In this document: positions 45,193-55,541 of the stretch, in pieces
Layout: each line of letters starts with the position of its first letter
Position numbering within the stretch: the first letter of the stretch is position 1
From: Alphaproteobacteria bacterium
GTDB lineage: Bacteria > Pseudomonadota > Alphaproteobacteria > Bin95
DNA length: 64,000 nt
NCBI GenBank assembly: GCA_022825195.1
Contig: JAJDYL010000218.1
Location: 25,029 to 89,028, forward strand
Direction: 5' to 3'
Program-made: the position numbers and the translations under genes
The notes under the pieces: generated by a model
Databases searched by the model: none
Seen by the model: only the letters and a program-made list of their open reading frames with translations
What the model was told of the DNA's origin: nothing

Positions 45193-46107
45193 TCAATGCC
45201 GTCCGGGCAGGACCTGTTCGAGCGCCCGCTCAAAGGCTGCCGGCCGTTCGTACATGGCCCAGTGGCCGGCGCGCGGCACCATGGCAATGCGCGCAGCCGG
45301 CTGAATTGCGCGAACGGCGGCAAAGCGTTCGCGGAAGAAGGGCCAGGCGGTCCAGTCCCACTCGCCCCAGATCGCGGCCAGCGGCGCGTCGATCAGCGGC
45401 AGGCGGTCGCGGAGCGCGGGCGTGGCACTCACCCAGCGGCTCTTGGTGACGGCCCGCATCGTGTTGGTGACCTGCATGTGGACCGCGAAATCGTCGACGG
45501 CGCGCGGATCGGCCAGCATCAGGATTTCGAGATTGCGGCGCGCGAGGCTCCTCAGCTGCGCCGGGGTCATGTCCCGCCGGAACCGCTCCAGCGCCGGTCC
45601 CCGCGCCCGGCGCAGCCCCATGGCGCCCACGCCGACCATGGTGAAGCTGTTCAACAGGTCCGGCAGGTATGGGGCCGCGTGGCCGCCGACGATGCCCCCG
45701 AACGAAAACCCGACGAGATCGACCTTCCGGTCCCGCTCCTCCAGCACGTGACGGAGGCCCGCAGCGACGATGCGCCCTATCCCGTCCATGTTCCGCCGGT
45801 CCGGGGGCGGGGCCGATTCGCCGAGCCCGGGCGTGTCGCAGGCATAGACCCGGCGGTCGCGCGCCAGGGACCGGACATTGCGGAACCAGTGCCACCAGGA
45901 GCCGTAGCCGCCATGCATCAGCATGAGGGGCGGCGCGCCCGGTTCGCCGAAGACCCGCCATACCATGTCGCCGTCGCCGCAGGGCGACCTCTTGACCGTC
46001 GCTTCGGCTTCTACCGCCCGGATCGCCTCTTCGACGGCGGCCGGCGGCCGGACCTGCGGCCGCGCGCCCCGCCGGAAGATCGCAGCCGTCTCGCTTCCGG
46101 CACTCAC
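45193..46107 (-). CDS. Alpha/beta hydrolase
   Basis: HGGYGS, DTPGLGES, GFSFGG nucleophile elbow, WGEWD, AGHW; GTG start overlaps the upstream stop. Confidence 0.87.
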   Translation of the reverse strand: MSAGSETAAIFRRGARPQVRPPAAVEEAIRAVEAEATVKRSPCGDGDMVWRVFGEPGAPPLMLMHGGYGSWWHWFRNVRSLARDRRVYACDTPGLGESAPPPDRRNMDGIGRIVAAGLRHVLEERDRKVDLVGFSFGGIVGGHAAPYLPDLLNSFTMVGVGAMGLRRARGPALERFRRDMTPAQLRSLARRNLEILMLADPRAVDDFAVHMQVTNTMRAVTKSRWVSATPALRDRLPLIDAPLAAIWGEWDWTAWPFFRERFAAVRAIQPAARIAMVPRAGHWAMYERPAAFERALEQVLPGRH

Positions 46108-47591
46108 GCCCGTGCCTTGCGCCCCTTGCGGTAAAGCAGGACCAGGCAATCGCGCTTCTTGCGCTTGAGGTCGGCGCAAGCGCGTCTGGCGGCGTCTTCC
46201 TCGAAGCCGGTGAGGCGCGCCCTGTAGAGCTTGCGTCCGCTCGAAGCTCTCATCGGCCAGGCGCCGGCATAGACCCCGTCAGGTAGTCCCCGCAACAGCT
46301 CCGCGGCGTTCTGGGCCTGTCTTCGCGCCGTCTTCTGGTTCGCATAGACGCCCACCTGCACGGCGTAGTCGCCAACGCTGGCGGCCAGCCCCGCCGGCGG
46401 CAATTTCGGCACCGCCGCCATCGCCGGCAGCTTCCCGGCCGCCGGCAAAGCCTTTGGCGCCGGCGGGACCTGTGGCGCTGCCGCGAGGACAGGCGCCGGC
46501 ACCGGAAGCGGCGCCACGGCCGGAGGGGCGCCGTGACGAACGACGAAACAGTCCGTTCGCCGTTTCTTGAGCTTGCGGCAGGCTCGGGAGGCCGCCGGCC
46601 TGCTGTAGCCCACCAACCGGGCGCGATAGATGGTGCCGCCCTTGCGGCGCGCTCTGGGCCATGCGCCCCAAGCGCCTCCTTCGGGAACGCCGACTTTCAA
46701 CGCTGCCGAGCGCGCCAGACTGCGGGCCGCCGCCTTGTCGCGCACCGCAGCCACCTGCACCGCCCAGACGGACCCGCTTTCGTTCAGGTCCGGACGGGGC
46801 TTCAGCCGGGCGAACACGCGGTTCGTCAGTTTCGCGACCTGGCGGTCGCGCGAGCGGGCCGAGCGCCCTCCCATGACCACGGTAATCAGGCGGCGACCGT
46901 TGCGGACGGCCGAAAAGGCCAGGTTGAAGCCGGACTTGGAAATGTAGCCCGTCTTCAGCCCGTCAGCGCCTGAATAACGCCGCAACAGGCGGTTGTGCGA
47001 CCGGTAAGTGCGCCCCCGGAATTTGAACGCCTTCAGGGAGAAAAAATCATAATACTGCGGGAAATTCCGGATGAGCGCCCGCGCGAGGCGCGCCATGTCG
47101 CGGGCCGTGGTCCATTGCTGCGAATGCCAGAGCCCCGAGGCATTGCGGAACGAAGTATTGTGCATGCCGAGCTGGCGGGCCTTGCGGTTCATCACTTTCG
47201 CGAATTTCCGCTCGCTGCCGGCGATGAAATAGGCCACGGTCGTCGCCACGTCGTTGGCGGACTTGACGACCAGGGCCCGTATCGCCTCGCGAACGGTAAT
47301 CGTGGACCCGCGCTTGAGACCGAGTCTCGAAGCCGGCTGCAGGGTCGCGCGGTGCGGGACCTTCATGCGCGTCGTCGGCTTGAACCTGCCGCTCCGAAGC
47401 CGCTCGAAGAGCAGATACACGGTCATCATCTTGGTAAGGGAGGCCGGATAGCGGCGCGCTGTGGACCGCTCTCCGTGCAGCACGGCGCCCGTGTCGGCAT
47501 CGATGACGACCGCCGCGTAACGCGCCGCCGGAGCGGGACCGGCCGCAAGAACCGCGGCAGCAAGAAGCAGGACAGCGAGAATCGGCTTCAT
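46104..47591 (-). CDS. D-alanyl-D-alanine carboxypeptidase (peptidase S11) with two C-terminal SPOR-like domains
   Basis: PASLTK, SAND, KTGY; two xAVQV...YRARLxG...A..AC..LK...DC repeats. Confidence 0.88.
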   Translation of the reverse strand: MKPILAVLLLAAAVLAAGPAPAARYAAVVIDADTGAVLHGERSTARRYPASLTKMMTVYLLFERLRSGRFKPTTRMKVPHRATLQPASRLGLKRGSTITVREAIRALVVKSANDVATTVAYFIAGSERKFAKVMNRKARQLGMHNTSFRNASGLWHSQQWTTARDMARLARALIRNFPQYYDFFSLKAFKFRGRTYRSHNRLLRRYSGADGLKTGYISKSGFNLAFSAVRNGRRLITVVMGGRSARSRDRQVAKLTNRVFARLKPRPDLNESGSVWAVQVAAVRDKAAARSLARSAALKVGVPEGGAWGAWPRARRKGGTIYRARLVGYSRPAASRACRKLKKRRTDCFVVRHGAPPAVAPLPVPAPVLAAAPQVPPAPKALPAAGKLPAMAAVPKLPPAGLAASVGDYAVQVGVYANQKTARRQAQNAAELLRGLPDGVYAGAWPMRASSGRKLYRARLTGFEEDAARRACADLKRKKRDCLVLLYRKGRKARA

Positions 47592-47759
47592 GGACCCTCC
47601 ACGGCCGACATAGAGTCAATCCGGTTCCGCCGCAATGCCGCGAAGCGTTTTTCCACCGCGGAACCGCCTGCGGCCGGCCTCGAACGGCTGAGGCTTACTC
47701 CTACTTCCGTACCGGCTATGCTAGTGTCGAGAAAGCGGTCCCTGTGCGGGAGGAAGTCG

Positions 47760-48086
47760 ATGAGCGACGAACGGCGAGGCGGAGACGGCAGCCCGACGAC
47801 CGGCTTGCTCGTCCGGTCCAAGCCGGAGACCAAGAAGCCTTCTCTATACAAGGTCATCATGCTCAACGACGACTACACGCCGATGGAATTCGTCGTCCAC
47901 ATCCTGCAGGCCTTCTTCCACAAGAGCCGCGAGGAAGCGACGAAAATCATGCTGCTGGTCCATCAGCGCGGAATCGGAGTCTGCGGAGTCTATACCTACG
48001 AAGTCGCGGAAACCAAGGTCACCCAGGTCGTTGACTTCGCGCGACGGCACGAACATCCGTTGCAGCTGACGCTTGAGAAGGAGTAG
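47760..48086 (+). CDS. clpS: ClpS adaptor
   Basis: [28 protein letters not shown]. Confidence 0.96.
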   Translation: MSDERRGGDGSPTTGLLVRSKPETKKPSLYKVIMLNDDYTPMEFVVHILQAFFHKSREEATKIMLLVHQRGIGVCGVYTYEVAETKVTQVVDFARRHEHPLQLTLEKE

Positions 48087-48092
48087 CCGGTG

Positions 48093-50399
48093 ATGCTGTC
48101 GCGCACCCTCGAACAGACGCTGCACCGGGCGCTCTCCTACGCGAAGGAACGCAGCCACGAATATGCGACGCTGGAGCACCTGCTGCTGGCGCTGACCGAG
48201 GACCGGGACTGCGTGGCGGTGCTGCGCGCGTGCTCGGTCGATGTCGACAATCTCAGGTCCGAGGTTTCCGGATACCTGGACGACGAGCTCGACAATCTCG
48301 TAGTGGACCGCGAGGAGGACCCCAAGCCGACGGCCGGCTTCCAGCGCGTCCTCCAGCGCGCCGCCATCCATGTGCAATCGTCGGGGCGCGAGGAAGTCAC
48401 GGGCGCCAACGTGCTCGTGGCGATCTTCTCGGAGCGCGAAAGCCACGCCGTGTTCTTCCTGCAGGGCCAGGAAATGACCCGCCTCGACGCCGTGAACTAC
48501 ATCAGCCACGGCATCGCCAAGAGCGCCGGCCATTCGGAGCCCCGGCGGGTGCGCGGCGCCGAGGAGCGCCAGGAGAACGAGGCCGGCGAGTCGGCCAAGA
48601 GCAAGCCGGCCGAAGCGCTGCAGGCCTATTGCGTCAACCTCAACGAGAAGGCGGACGCGGGCAAGATCGACCCGCTGATCGGGCGCGAACTGGAAGTCGA
48701 GCGGACCATCCAGATCCTCTGCCGGAGGACCAAGAACAACCCGCTTTACGTCGGCGAGCCCGGCGTCGGCAAGACGGCGATCGCCGAGGGCCTCGCCCGC
48801 AAGATCGTCGAGGACAGCGTGCCGGAGGTGCTGGCGGAGGCGACCATCTATGCGCTCGACATGGGCTCGCTGCTCGCGGGCACGCGCTACCGCGGCGACT
48901 TCGAGGAGCGGCTGAAGCAGGTGCTGGCGGAACTGGAGGCGCTGGAGGGCGCGATCCTGTTCATAGACGAGATCCACACGGTCATCGGCGCGGGCGCCAC
49001 CAGCGGCGGCTCGATGGACGCCTCCAACATCCTGAAGCCGGCGCTCGCCAGCGGCACGCTGCGCTGCATCGGCTCGACCACCTACAAGGAATACCGCAAC
49101 TATTTCGAGAAGGACCGCGCGCTGGTGCGCCGCTTCCAGAAGATCGATGTGCACGAGCCGTCGGTGCCGGACGCCATCAAGATCATGATGGGCCTCAAGC
49201 CCTATTACGAAGAGCATCACGGCGTCCGCTACACCACCGAGGCCATCCGCACGGCGGTCAACCTGTCGGCGCGCTACATCAACGACCGCAAGCTGCCCGA
49301 CAAGGCCATCGACGTCATCGACGAGGTCGGCGCGGCCCAGCTCCTGCTGCCGCCGAGCCGGCGCAAGAAAACCGTCGGCGTGCGCGATGTCGAGGGCATC
49401 GTCGCCAAGATCGCGCGCATCCCGCCGAAGAGCGTCAGCCGCGACGACCGCGAGGCGCTGCAGACGCTGGAGCGCGACCTGAAGACGGTGGTCTTCGGCC
49501 AGGACCCGGCGATCGAGGCGCTGGCGAGCGCGGTCAAGCTCGCGCGGGCGGGCCTCCGCGAGCCCGAGAAGCCCATCGGCAGCTACCTGTTCTCCGGCCC
49601 CACCGGCGTCGGCAAGACCGAGGCCGCCCGCCAGTTGGCGCGCTGCCTGGGCGTCGAGCTCGTGCGCTTCGACATGTCGGAATATATGGAGCGCCACAGC
49701 GTTTCGCGGCTGATCGGCGCGCCGCCCGGCTATGTGGGCTTCGACCAGGGCGGCCTGCTGACGGATGCGGTGGACAAGAACCCGCATGTGGTGCTGCTGC
49801 TCGACGAGATCGAGAAGGCGCACCCGGACGTCTTCAACGTGCTGCTGCAGATCATGGACTACGGCAAGCTGACGGACCACAGCGGCAAGCAGGTCGATTT
49901 CCGCAATGTCATCCTCATCATGACGACCAATGCCGGCGCGACGGACCTAGCCAAGGCAGCGATCGGCTTCGGGCGCAATGTCCGCGAGGGCGACGACAAG
50001 GAGGCCATCGACAGGCTCTTCACCCCGGAGTTCCGCAACCGCCTCGACGCCACCATTTCCTTCGGCAACCTGCCCATGGAGGTCGTGCACCGGGTGGTGG
50101 ACAAGTTCATCGCGGAGCTGGAGGGCCAGCTGGACGACCGCCAGGTGGAAATCCTGCTGACCGACGCAGCCCGCGAGTGGCTGGCCGAGAAGGGCTACAG
50201 CACCGAATACGGCGCCCGCCCGCTCGCCCGCGTGATCCAGGAGAGCATCAAGAAGCCGCTCGCCGAGGAATTGCTGTTCGGCCGCCTCGCCAAGGGCGGC
50301 TCCGTGGAAGTGGATGTCGGCGAAGACGGCCTCACCTTCGCCTACCCCGAGCCGCCCCCGGCGAAAAAGGCCCGGAAGAAGGAGCCGGCGGCGCTGTAG
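48093..50399 (+). CDS. clpA: ATP-dependent Clp protease ATPase ClpA
   Basis: Two AAA modules ([16 protein letters not shown]), [12 protein letters not shown] loop; follows clpS. Confidence 0.97.
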   Translation: MLSRTLEQTLHRALSYAKERSHEYATLEHLLLALTEDRDCVAVLRACSVDVDNLRSEVSGYLDDELDNLVVDREEDPKPTAGFQRVLQRAAIHVQSSGREEVTGANVLVAIFSERESHAVFFLQGQEMTRLDAVNYISHGIAKSAGHSEPRRVRGAEERQENEAGESAKSKPAEALQAYCVNLNEKADAGKIDPLIGRELEVERTIQILCRRTKNNPLYVGEPGVGKTAIAEGLARKIVEDSVPEVLAEATIYALDMGSLLAGTRYRGDFEERLKQVLAELEALEGAILFIDEIHTVIGAGATSGGSMDASNILKPALASGTLRCIGSTTYKEYRNYFEKDRALVRRFQKIDVHEPSVPDAIKIMMGLKPYYEEHHGVRYTTEAIRTAVNLSARYINDRKLPDKAIDVIDEVGAAQLLLPPSRRKKTVGVRDVEGIVAKIARIPPKSVSRDDREALQTLERDLKTVVFGQDPAIEALASAVKLARAGLREPEKPIGSYLFSGPTGVGKTEAARQLARCLGVELVRFDMSEYMERHSVSRLIGAPPGYVGFDQGGLLTDAVDKNPHVVLLLDEIEKAHPDVFNVLLQIMDYGKLTDHSGKQVDFRNVILIMTTNAGATDLAKAAIGFGRNVREGDDKEAIDRLFTPEFRNRLDATISFGNLPMEVVHRVVDKFIAELEGQLDDRQVEILLTDAAREWLAEKGYSTEYGARPLARVIQESIKKPLAEELLFGRLAKGGSVEVDVGEDGLTFAYPEPPPAKKARKKEPAAL

Positions 50400-50458
50400 C
50401 CGGGGAACGCCGACGGGCGCCAGGCGGATGCGGGAGGAAACGGCTTCGGGACTGCGGA

Positions 50459-51613
50459 ATGACTGACGAATCCCGTTCCCGGCGCCGGATATGGGCCGTC
50501 GCGCTCGCCGCCCTGCTCTGCCTGGGCGCGGTGGGAGGCGGCTGCACGACTGCTGCTGAGCCGCGCGAATACCGCTCGGAGAAACACGCCTTCCGGCTCG
50601 TTCCGGTCGGTGGCCCGTTCGACCAGGCCTGGGGCATGGCGTTCCTGCCCGATGGACGCCTGCTGGTGACGGAACTGGACGGCAATCTCCGCCTGCTGGA
50701 GCCCGGCGGGACGCCTTCGGAGCCGCTTCCGGGGCTGCCGCGCATCGAGGCCTACGGCCAGGGCGGGCTGATGGATGTCATTCTCGACCCGGACTTCGCG
50801 GCCAACGGCCGGATTTACCTGAGCCATATCCTCGACACCGCGAAAGGCATGACGACCGCCGTCGGCACGGCGGTGCTGGACGGAGACCGGCTTCGCGGGT
50901 TCGGGACCCTGTTCACCGGCCGCGCGTCGGGCAGCACGGGGCGGCATTTCGGCTCGCGGCTGCGGTTCGGGCCCGACGGAAAGCTGTATGTCACCATCGG
51001 CGACCGCGGCCACCGGCCGAACGCCCAGGACCTCGGCAGCCATGCCGGCGCGGTCCTGAGGCTCGATCCGGACGGCGCGGCGCCGCCGGACAACCCCTTC
51101 GCCGGCAGGTCCGGGGCGCTGCCGGAGATCTGGTCCTACGGGCACCGCAACCCGCAGGGCCTCGCCTTCGACCCGCAGACCGGGCGGCTCTGGTCGCAGG
51201 AGCACGGGCCGCGCGGCGGCGACGAGGTCAACCTTGTCCGCCGCGGGCGGAACTATGGCTGGCCGACGATCACTTACGGGCGCAACTACAGCGGCACGAA
51301 AATCACCGACGAGACCGCCCGGCCGGGCATGGAGCAGCCCGCGACATACTGGACGCCCTCGATCGCGCCTTCGGGGCTGACCGTCTATCGCGGCGACAGG
51401 TTTCCCCGCTGGGACGGCAACCTCTTCGTCGGCGCGCTGCGCGCCCAGCTGCTCGTCAGGCTGGAACTGGACGGCGACCGGGTGGTCCACGAGGAACGCC
51501 TGCTGACCGGCTTCGGCAACAGGATCCGCGACGTGCGCACCGGCCCCGACGGCCTGATCTACCTGCTGCTGGACGAGCACGACGCCCGGATCTGGCGCCT
51601 GGAGCCGCTTTAG
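50459..51613 (+). CDS. PQQ-dependent sugar dehydrogenase (YliI/sGDH family)
   Basis: Signal or lipoprotein-like N-terminus, GQGGLMDV, HFGSR, YGHRNPQG, EHGPRGGDEVN, NYGWP, SIAPSG. Confidence 0.9.
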   Translation: MTDESRSRRRIWAVALAALLCLGAVGGGCTTAAEPREYRSEKHAFRLVPVGGPFDQAWGMAFLPDGRLLVTELDGNLRLLEPGGTPSEPLPGLPRIEAYGQGGLMDVILDPDFAANGRIYLSHILDTAKGMTTAVGTAVLDGDRLRGFGTLFTGRASGSTGRHFGSRLRFGPDGKLYVTIGDRGHRPNAQDLGSHAGAVLRLDPDGAAPPDNPFAGRSGALPEIWSYGHRNPQGLAFDPQTGRLWSQEHGPRGGDEVNLVRRGRNYGWPTITYGRNYSGTKITDETARPGMEQPATYWTPSIAPSGLTVYRGDRFPRWDGNLFVGALRAQLLVRLELDGDRVVHEERLLTGFGNRIRDVRTGPDGLIYLLLDEHDARIWRLEPL

Positions 51614-51625
51614 GCGCGGCGGCCG

Positions 51626-51686
51626 CCCTTCGACAGGCTCAGGACAGGCTCCTCCGTCATGCCCGGACTTGTTCCGGGCATGACGG
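51626..51686. repeat. REP-like cluster: CCCTTCGACAGGCTCAGGACAGG motif plus a perfect CGTC-type palindrome
   Basis: CCGTCATGCCCGGA-CTTGT-TCCGGGCATGACGG (51654-51686, 14-bp arms); sibling at 22701. Confidence 0.75.
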
Positions 51687-51822
51687 GAAGAAGATATTGA
51701 TGACGGTGCGCCCCTTCAGCACCGCGACCTTCTTGTCGTCGCGCCGGCTCTGCTCGACATAGCTCTTTGAAAGATCCAGCAGGGCCGAAATCTCGCCGGG
51801 CGCAAGGCCCTCTATGCCAAGC
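51687..51822 (-). pseudogene. Inverted partial copy of the pyrB 5' region
   Basis: 136 bp align without gaps to 53328-53463, with 7 mismatches. Confidence 0.9.
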
Positions 51823-51823
51823 G

Positions 51824-51893
51824 GATTTTCCAGCCGGAATCCCTGAGCAGGTCGTCGATCCTGACGCGCGCAAATGCTTCGTTCGTCGACCAT
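51824..51893 (-). pseudogene. Probable 5' remnant of a type I restriction enzyme R subunit (HsdR)
   Basis: Removing one G after the ATG gives [23 protein letters not shown], resembling EcoEI/EcoAI-type HsdR N-termini (recognised from memory). Confidence 0.5.
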
Positions 51894-51959
51894 CGGGATC
51901 CCCTGCCTCTCGGGGGTCAATATAACGAATTCGTATATCGGCAGACCGATGAAGCGAGC

Positions 51960-53195
51960 CTACGCCGGCTCGCCCCGCTCCCCGCCTAGCGCCGCATTCC
52001 ATATCTCTTCCGTCACGATGTCCTGCGTCCAGGGGCGCATGACGGAGGCGGCGCGGGCGTCGCGGAGGTGGCGTTCCAGCGGGAAGCGTTTCAGGATCGC
52101 GCGGCCGCCGCAGACCCGCATGGCGAGCGAGGTGATCTCGACGGCATTGAGCTGCACCGTGACATGGGCGGCGCGGGCGCGCTGGCGGGTTTCCGGCGTC
52201 GGCGGCAGCTTGGCCTCCGAGACGGCGTGGTAGAAGAGCGAGCGCGTCGCCTCCAGCATCAGGATCATGTCGGCGACCGCATTGCTGGCGGACGGCGCGA
52301 CGGTGGGGCGGCCGGGCGCGCCCGCAAGCTCGCCACGCAGATAGGCGAGCGCGGTCCCGGCAGCCTCGACCGCGAGGCCGAGGAAGGTGGCGGAAAAGCC
52401 CATCGGGGCATGCGAGGCGGTGAGATAAAGGCCGCCGAAGACGCCGGGCGGCAGGATGTCGCCGCTGTCCGGCACAAACACGTCGGCCAGGCGCATCTCC
52501 CGGCTCACCGTGGCGCGCATGCCGATCGGGTCCCAGTCGCCCTCGAAGGTCACGCCCTCGGCGTCGCGCGGCACCTTGAGGTAGAGCGTGCGCTCCAGCC
52601 AGGGCATGTCGCCCTCGTCCACCAGGATCGCCGGCGTCGCGAAATAGTCGGCAGCCCCCGAGAGCGAGACGAAAAACTTGCGTCCCGTCACCCGGTAGCC
52701 GCCCTCCACCTTCCGCGCCTCGGTGCCGAAGCGCCTGCCGCCGACGCTGAAGGCCGTGTCGGTCTCGCCCTGCTCCACCGGCTCGCTGTGCGGCTGGCCG
52801 TAGAACACGCCCTTCTCGACCACTTCGCGGAACTTCTCCGCGCGGAGGCGCTCATGGCGGGCGCGTTTCTCCTCCGGCATCCCGAAGCGGTCCGCCATCT
52901 CGCCCATCAGCATCATGGTGAGGCAGTGCATGTTGTAGGTGAGCGCCGTGGAGGCATTGCCGCGGGCAAGCTGTTCCGCGACAAGGCAATAGGTCTCGAA
53001 ATCCGCTCCCAGCCCGCCATGGGCCTCCGGCACGCAGAGCGCCAGCAGCCCTTCCTCCCGCAGATCGTCATAGTCCTCGAAGGGGAAGGCCGCCTCGCGG
53101 TCGAGCGCAGCAGCGCGCGGCGCGAACCGTTCCACCGCCAGGCGGCGCGCCTTCCCGACGAGCTCCTGCTGAAACGGCGTCAGACGCATGTCCAT
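51960..53195 (-). CDS. Acyl-CoA dehydrogenase family protein
   Basis: VPEAHGGLG, SEP, GRKFFVS, WDPIGMRATVS, GGRAI...PLERHLRDAR. Confidence 0.9.
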   Translation of the reverse strand: MDMRLTPFQQELVGKARRLAVERFAPRAAALDREAAFPFEDYDDLREEGLLALCVPEAHGGLGADFETYCLVAEQLARGNASTALTYNMHCLTMMLMGEMADRFGMPEEKRARHERLRAEKFREVVEKGVFYGQPHSEPVEQGETDTAFSVGGRRFGTEARKVEGGYRVTGRKFFVSLSGAADYFATPAILVDEGDMPWLERTLYLKVPRDAEGVTFEGDWDPIGMRATVSREMRLADVFVPDSGDILPPGVFGGLYLTASHAPMGFSATFLGLAVEAAGTALAYLRGELAGAPGRPTVAPSASNAVADMILMLEATRSLFYHAVSEAKLPPTPETRQRARAAHVTVQLNAVEITSLAMRVCGGRAILKRFPLERHLRDARAASVMRPWTQDIVTEEIWNAALGGERGEPA

Positions 53196-53286
53196 GGCGC
53201 GGTTGCTCCCGGCTCGGCGTTTCATCCACAGTCCTGGAGGGACAACCCCTTGATCGAAGGGCGAATCCCCCGCACAAAGCCGCTTT

Positions 53287-54252
53287 ATGGCCGATGTCGC
53301 CCCCTACAGCTACCCGCATCGTCACCTGCTCGGCATAGAGGGCCTTGCGCCCGGCGAGATTTCGGCCCTGCTGGACCTTTCCGAGAGTTATGTCGAGCAG
53401 AGCCGGCGCGACGACAAGAAGGTCGCGGTGCTGAAGGGGCGCACCGTCATCAATGTCTTTTTCGAGACCTCGACACGCACGCGCACCAGCTTCGAACTCG
53501 CGGGCAAACGGCTCGGGGCCGATGTCATCAACATCTCCCCCGACATCAGCGCCATCAAGAAGGGCGAGACGCTGCTCGACACCGCGCTCACGCTGAACGC
53601 CATGCACCCCGACCTGCTGGTGGTGCGCCATCCGCAATCGGGCGCCGTCCATCTGCTGGCGGAGAAGGTGGACGGGGCGGTCATCAATGCGGGCGACGGA
53701 TGGCACGAGCATCCGACCCAGGCCCTGCTCGACGCGCTGACCATCCGCCGGCGCCTCGGCGGCCTCTCCGGCCTCACGGTCGCGATCTGCGGCGACATCA
53801 TGCACAGCCGCGTTGCGCGCTCGAATATCCACCTCTTCAACGCCATGGGCACGCGCGTGCGGGTCGTGGCGCCGCCTACCCTCCTGCCGGCGGAGATGGA
53901 CCGGTTCGGCGTCGAGGTGTTCCACGACATGCGCGCCGGTCTCGACGGGGTGGACATCGTGATGATGCTGCGCCTCCAGACGGAGCGGATGCAGGGCAGC
54001 TTCGTGCCGTCGGTGCGCGAGTATTTCCGGTTCTTCGGGCTCGACGCCCGCAAGCTGGCGGCCGCCAGGCCGGATGCGCTGGTGATGCATCCGGGGCCGA
54101 TGAACCGCGGCGTGGAGATCGACAGCGACGTGGCCGACGACATCCACCGCTCGCTGATCCAGGCGCAGGTGGAGATGGGCGTCGCGGTCCGCATGGCCTG
54201 CCTCGACCTGCTGACCCGAAAACTGCAGTCGAACCGCGCCGAGGCCGCGTGA
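53287..54252 (+). CDS. pyrB: Aspartate carbamoyltransferase catalytic subunit
   Basis: [40 protein letters not shown]. Confidence 0.97.
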   Translation: MADVAPYSYPHRHLLGIEGLAPGEISALLDLSESYVEQSRRDDKKVAVLKGRTVINVFFETSTRTRTSFELAGKRLGADVINISPDISAIKKGETLLDTALTLNAMHPDLLVVRHPQSGAVHLLAEKVDGAVINAGDGWHEHPTQALLDALTIRRRLGGLSGLTVAICGDIMHSRVARSNIHLFNAMGTRVRVVAPPTLLPAEMDRFGVEVFHDMRAGLDGVDIVMMLRLQTERMQGSFVPSVREYFRFFGLDARKLAAARPDALVMHPGPMNRGVEIDSDVADDIHRSLIQAQVEMGVAVRMACLDLLTRKLQSNRAEAA

Positions 54253-55541
54253 CCAAGCGGACGGCTCTCGTCAACGCCCGGCTGCTGGACCCGGCGGCGC
54301 GTCTGGACGCGCCCGGCGGCGTCCTGATCGAGGACGGGCGGGTCGCCGCCATCGGTCCGGAAGTGACCGCCGACTCGGTTCCGGAGGGCGCGGCCGTTAT
54401 CGACTGCGGCGGCGCCTGCGCCGCGCCGGGCCTGGTGGACATGCGGGTGCAGCTCGGCGAGCCCGGCGGCGAGCACAAGGAGACCATCGACAGCGGCAGC
54501 CTGGCGGCGGCGGCCGGCGGGGTCACCGCCGTCGTCGCCCTGCCCAACACCTCGCCGGTGATCGACGATGTGAATGTCGTCGAGTTCATCGCCCGGCGCG
54601 CCCGCGAGGTGCGGCGGGTCAAGGTGTTCGCCTACGGCGCCCTCACGCGCGGCCTGAAAGGCGAGCAGCTGACCGAGCTCGGCATGCTCAAGGATGCCGG
54701 CGCGCTTGCCTTCACGGACGGCCTGCGCGCGGTTTCGAGTGCCCGCGTCATGCGCCGGGCGTTGTTCTATGCGCAGGCCTTCGACGCGCTGATCGTGCAG
54801 CACCCGGAGGAGCCCGATCTTGCGCGGAGCGGGGCGGTGACCGAGGGCGAGATCGCCACCCGCCTCGGCCTGCCGGGCATACCGGCCGTCGCGGAAGCGA
54901 TGATGATCGATCGCGACCTCCGCCTCGTGGAACTGACCGGCGGGCGCTACCACGCGGCCCATGTCACCACCGGGCAGGGGCTGGCGCTGATCCGCCGCGC
55001 CAAGCGCGAGGGCTGGCGGGTCACCTGCGATACGGCGCCGCACTATTTCGCGCTGAACGAAACCGCCGTCGGCGAATACCGGACCTTCGGCAAGGTCTCG
55101 CCGCCGCTCCGCTCGGAGGCGGACCGGCGCGCGGTGGTCGAGGCGCTGGCCGACGGCACGATCGACGCCATTGCGAGCGACCACGACCCGCAGGACCAGG
55201 AGTCGAAGCGCCTGCCCTTCGGCGATGCGGAGCCGGGAATCGTCGGGCTGGAAAGCCTGCTGCCGCTCTCGCTGGAGCTGTATCACAACGGCCACATGCC
55301 GCTGCTGGACGTGCTGGAGAAGCTGACCTCGGCCCCGGCCGACCTGCTGGGCCTGCCGCTCGGGCGGCTGGCGCCGGGCCGGGCGGGCGATGTCGTGATT
55401 TTCGACCCCGACATTCCGGCCCGAATCGAAGTGGACGGGTTCCGGAGCAAATCCAAGAACTCGCCCTTCGACCGCCGCCCGGTCCAGGGCCGGGTGCTCC
55501 GCACCGTCGTGGACGGACGCACCGTGTTCGAGGCCGACTGA
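54249..55541 (+). CDS. pyrC: Dihydroorotase-like protein, probably inactive PyrC'
   Basis: [14 protein letters not shown] (metal-binding HxH replaced by R.Q), [22 protein letters not shown]; GTGA overlap with pyrB. Confidence 0.88.
   Translation: MTKRTALVNARLLDPAARLDAPGGVLIEDGRVAAIGPEVTADSVPEGAAVIDCGGACAAPGLVDMRVQLGEPGGEHKETIDSGSLAAAAGGVTAVVALPNTSPVIDDVNVVEFIARRAREVRRVKVFAYGALTRGLKGEQLTELGMLKDAGALAFTDGLRAVSSARVMRRALFYAQAFDALIVQHPEEPDLARSGAVTEGEIATRLGLPGIPAVAEAMMIDRDLRLVELTGGRYHAAHVTTGQGLALIRRAKREGWRVTCDTAPHYFALNETAVGEYRTFGKVSPPLRSEADRRAVVEALADGTIDAIASDHDPQDQESKRLPFGDAEPGIVGLESLLPLSLELYHNGHMPLLDVLEKLTSAPADLLGLPLGRLAPGRAGDVVIFDPDIPARIEVDGFRSKSKNSPFDRRPVQGRVLRTVVDGRTVFEAD

Noticed and set aside
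51687-51822. pyrB copy as a DGR template/variable repeat pair
   Set aside because: Four of seven mismatches are C/T rather than adenine-specific, most are synonymous, and no reverse transcriptase is in the window.
48230-55541. Apparent giant proteins in the ORF track (48230-51613, 52068-55541; also 14149-16065, 30377-32443, 33549-36479, 59061-61427)
   Set aside because: Only the C-terminal parts are real genes. The extensions are stop-free frames overlapping other genes, not fusions.
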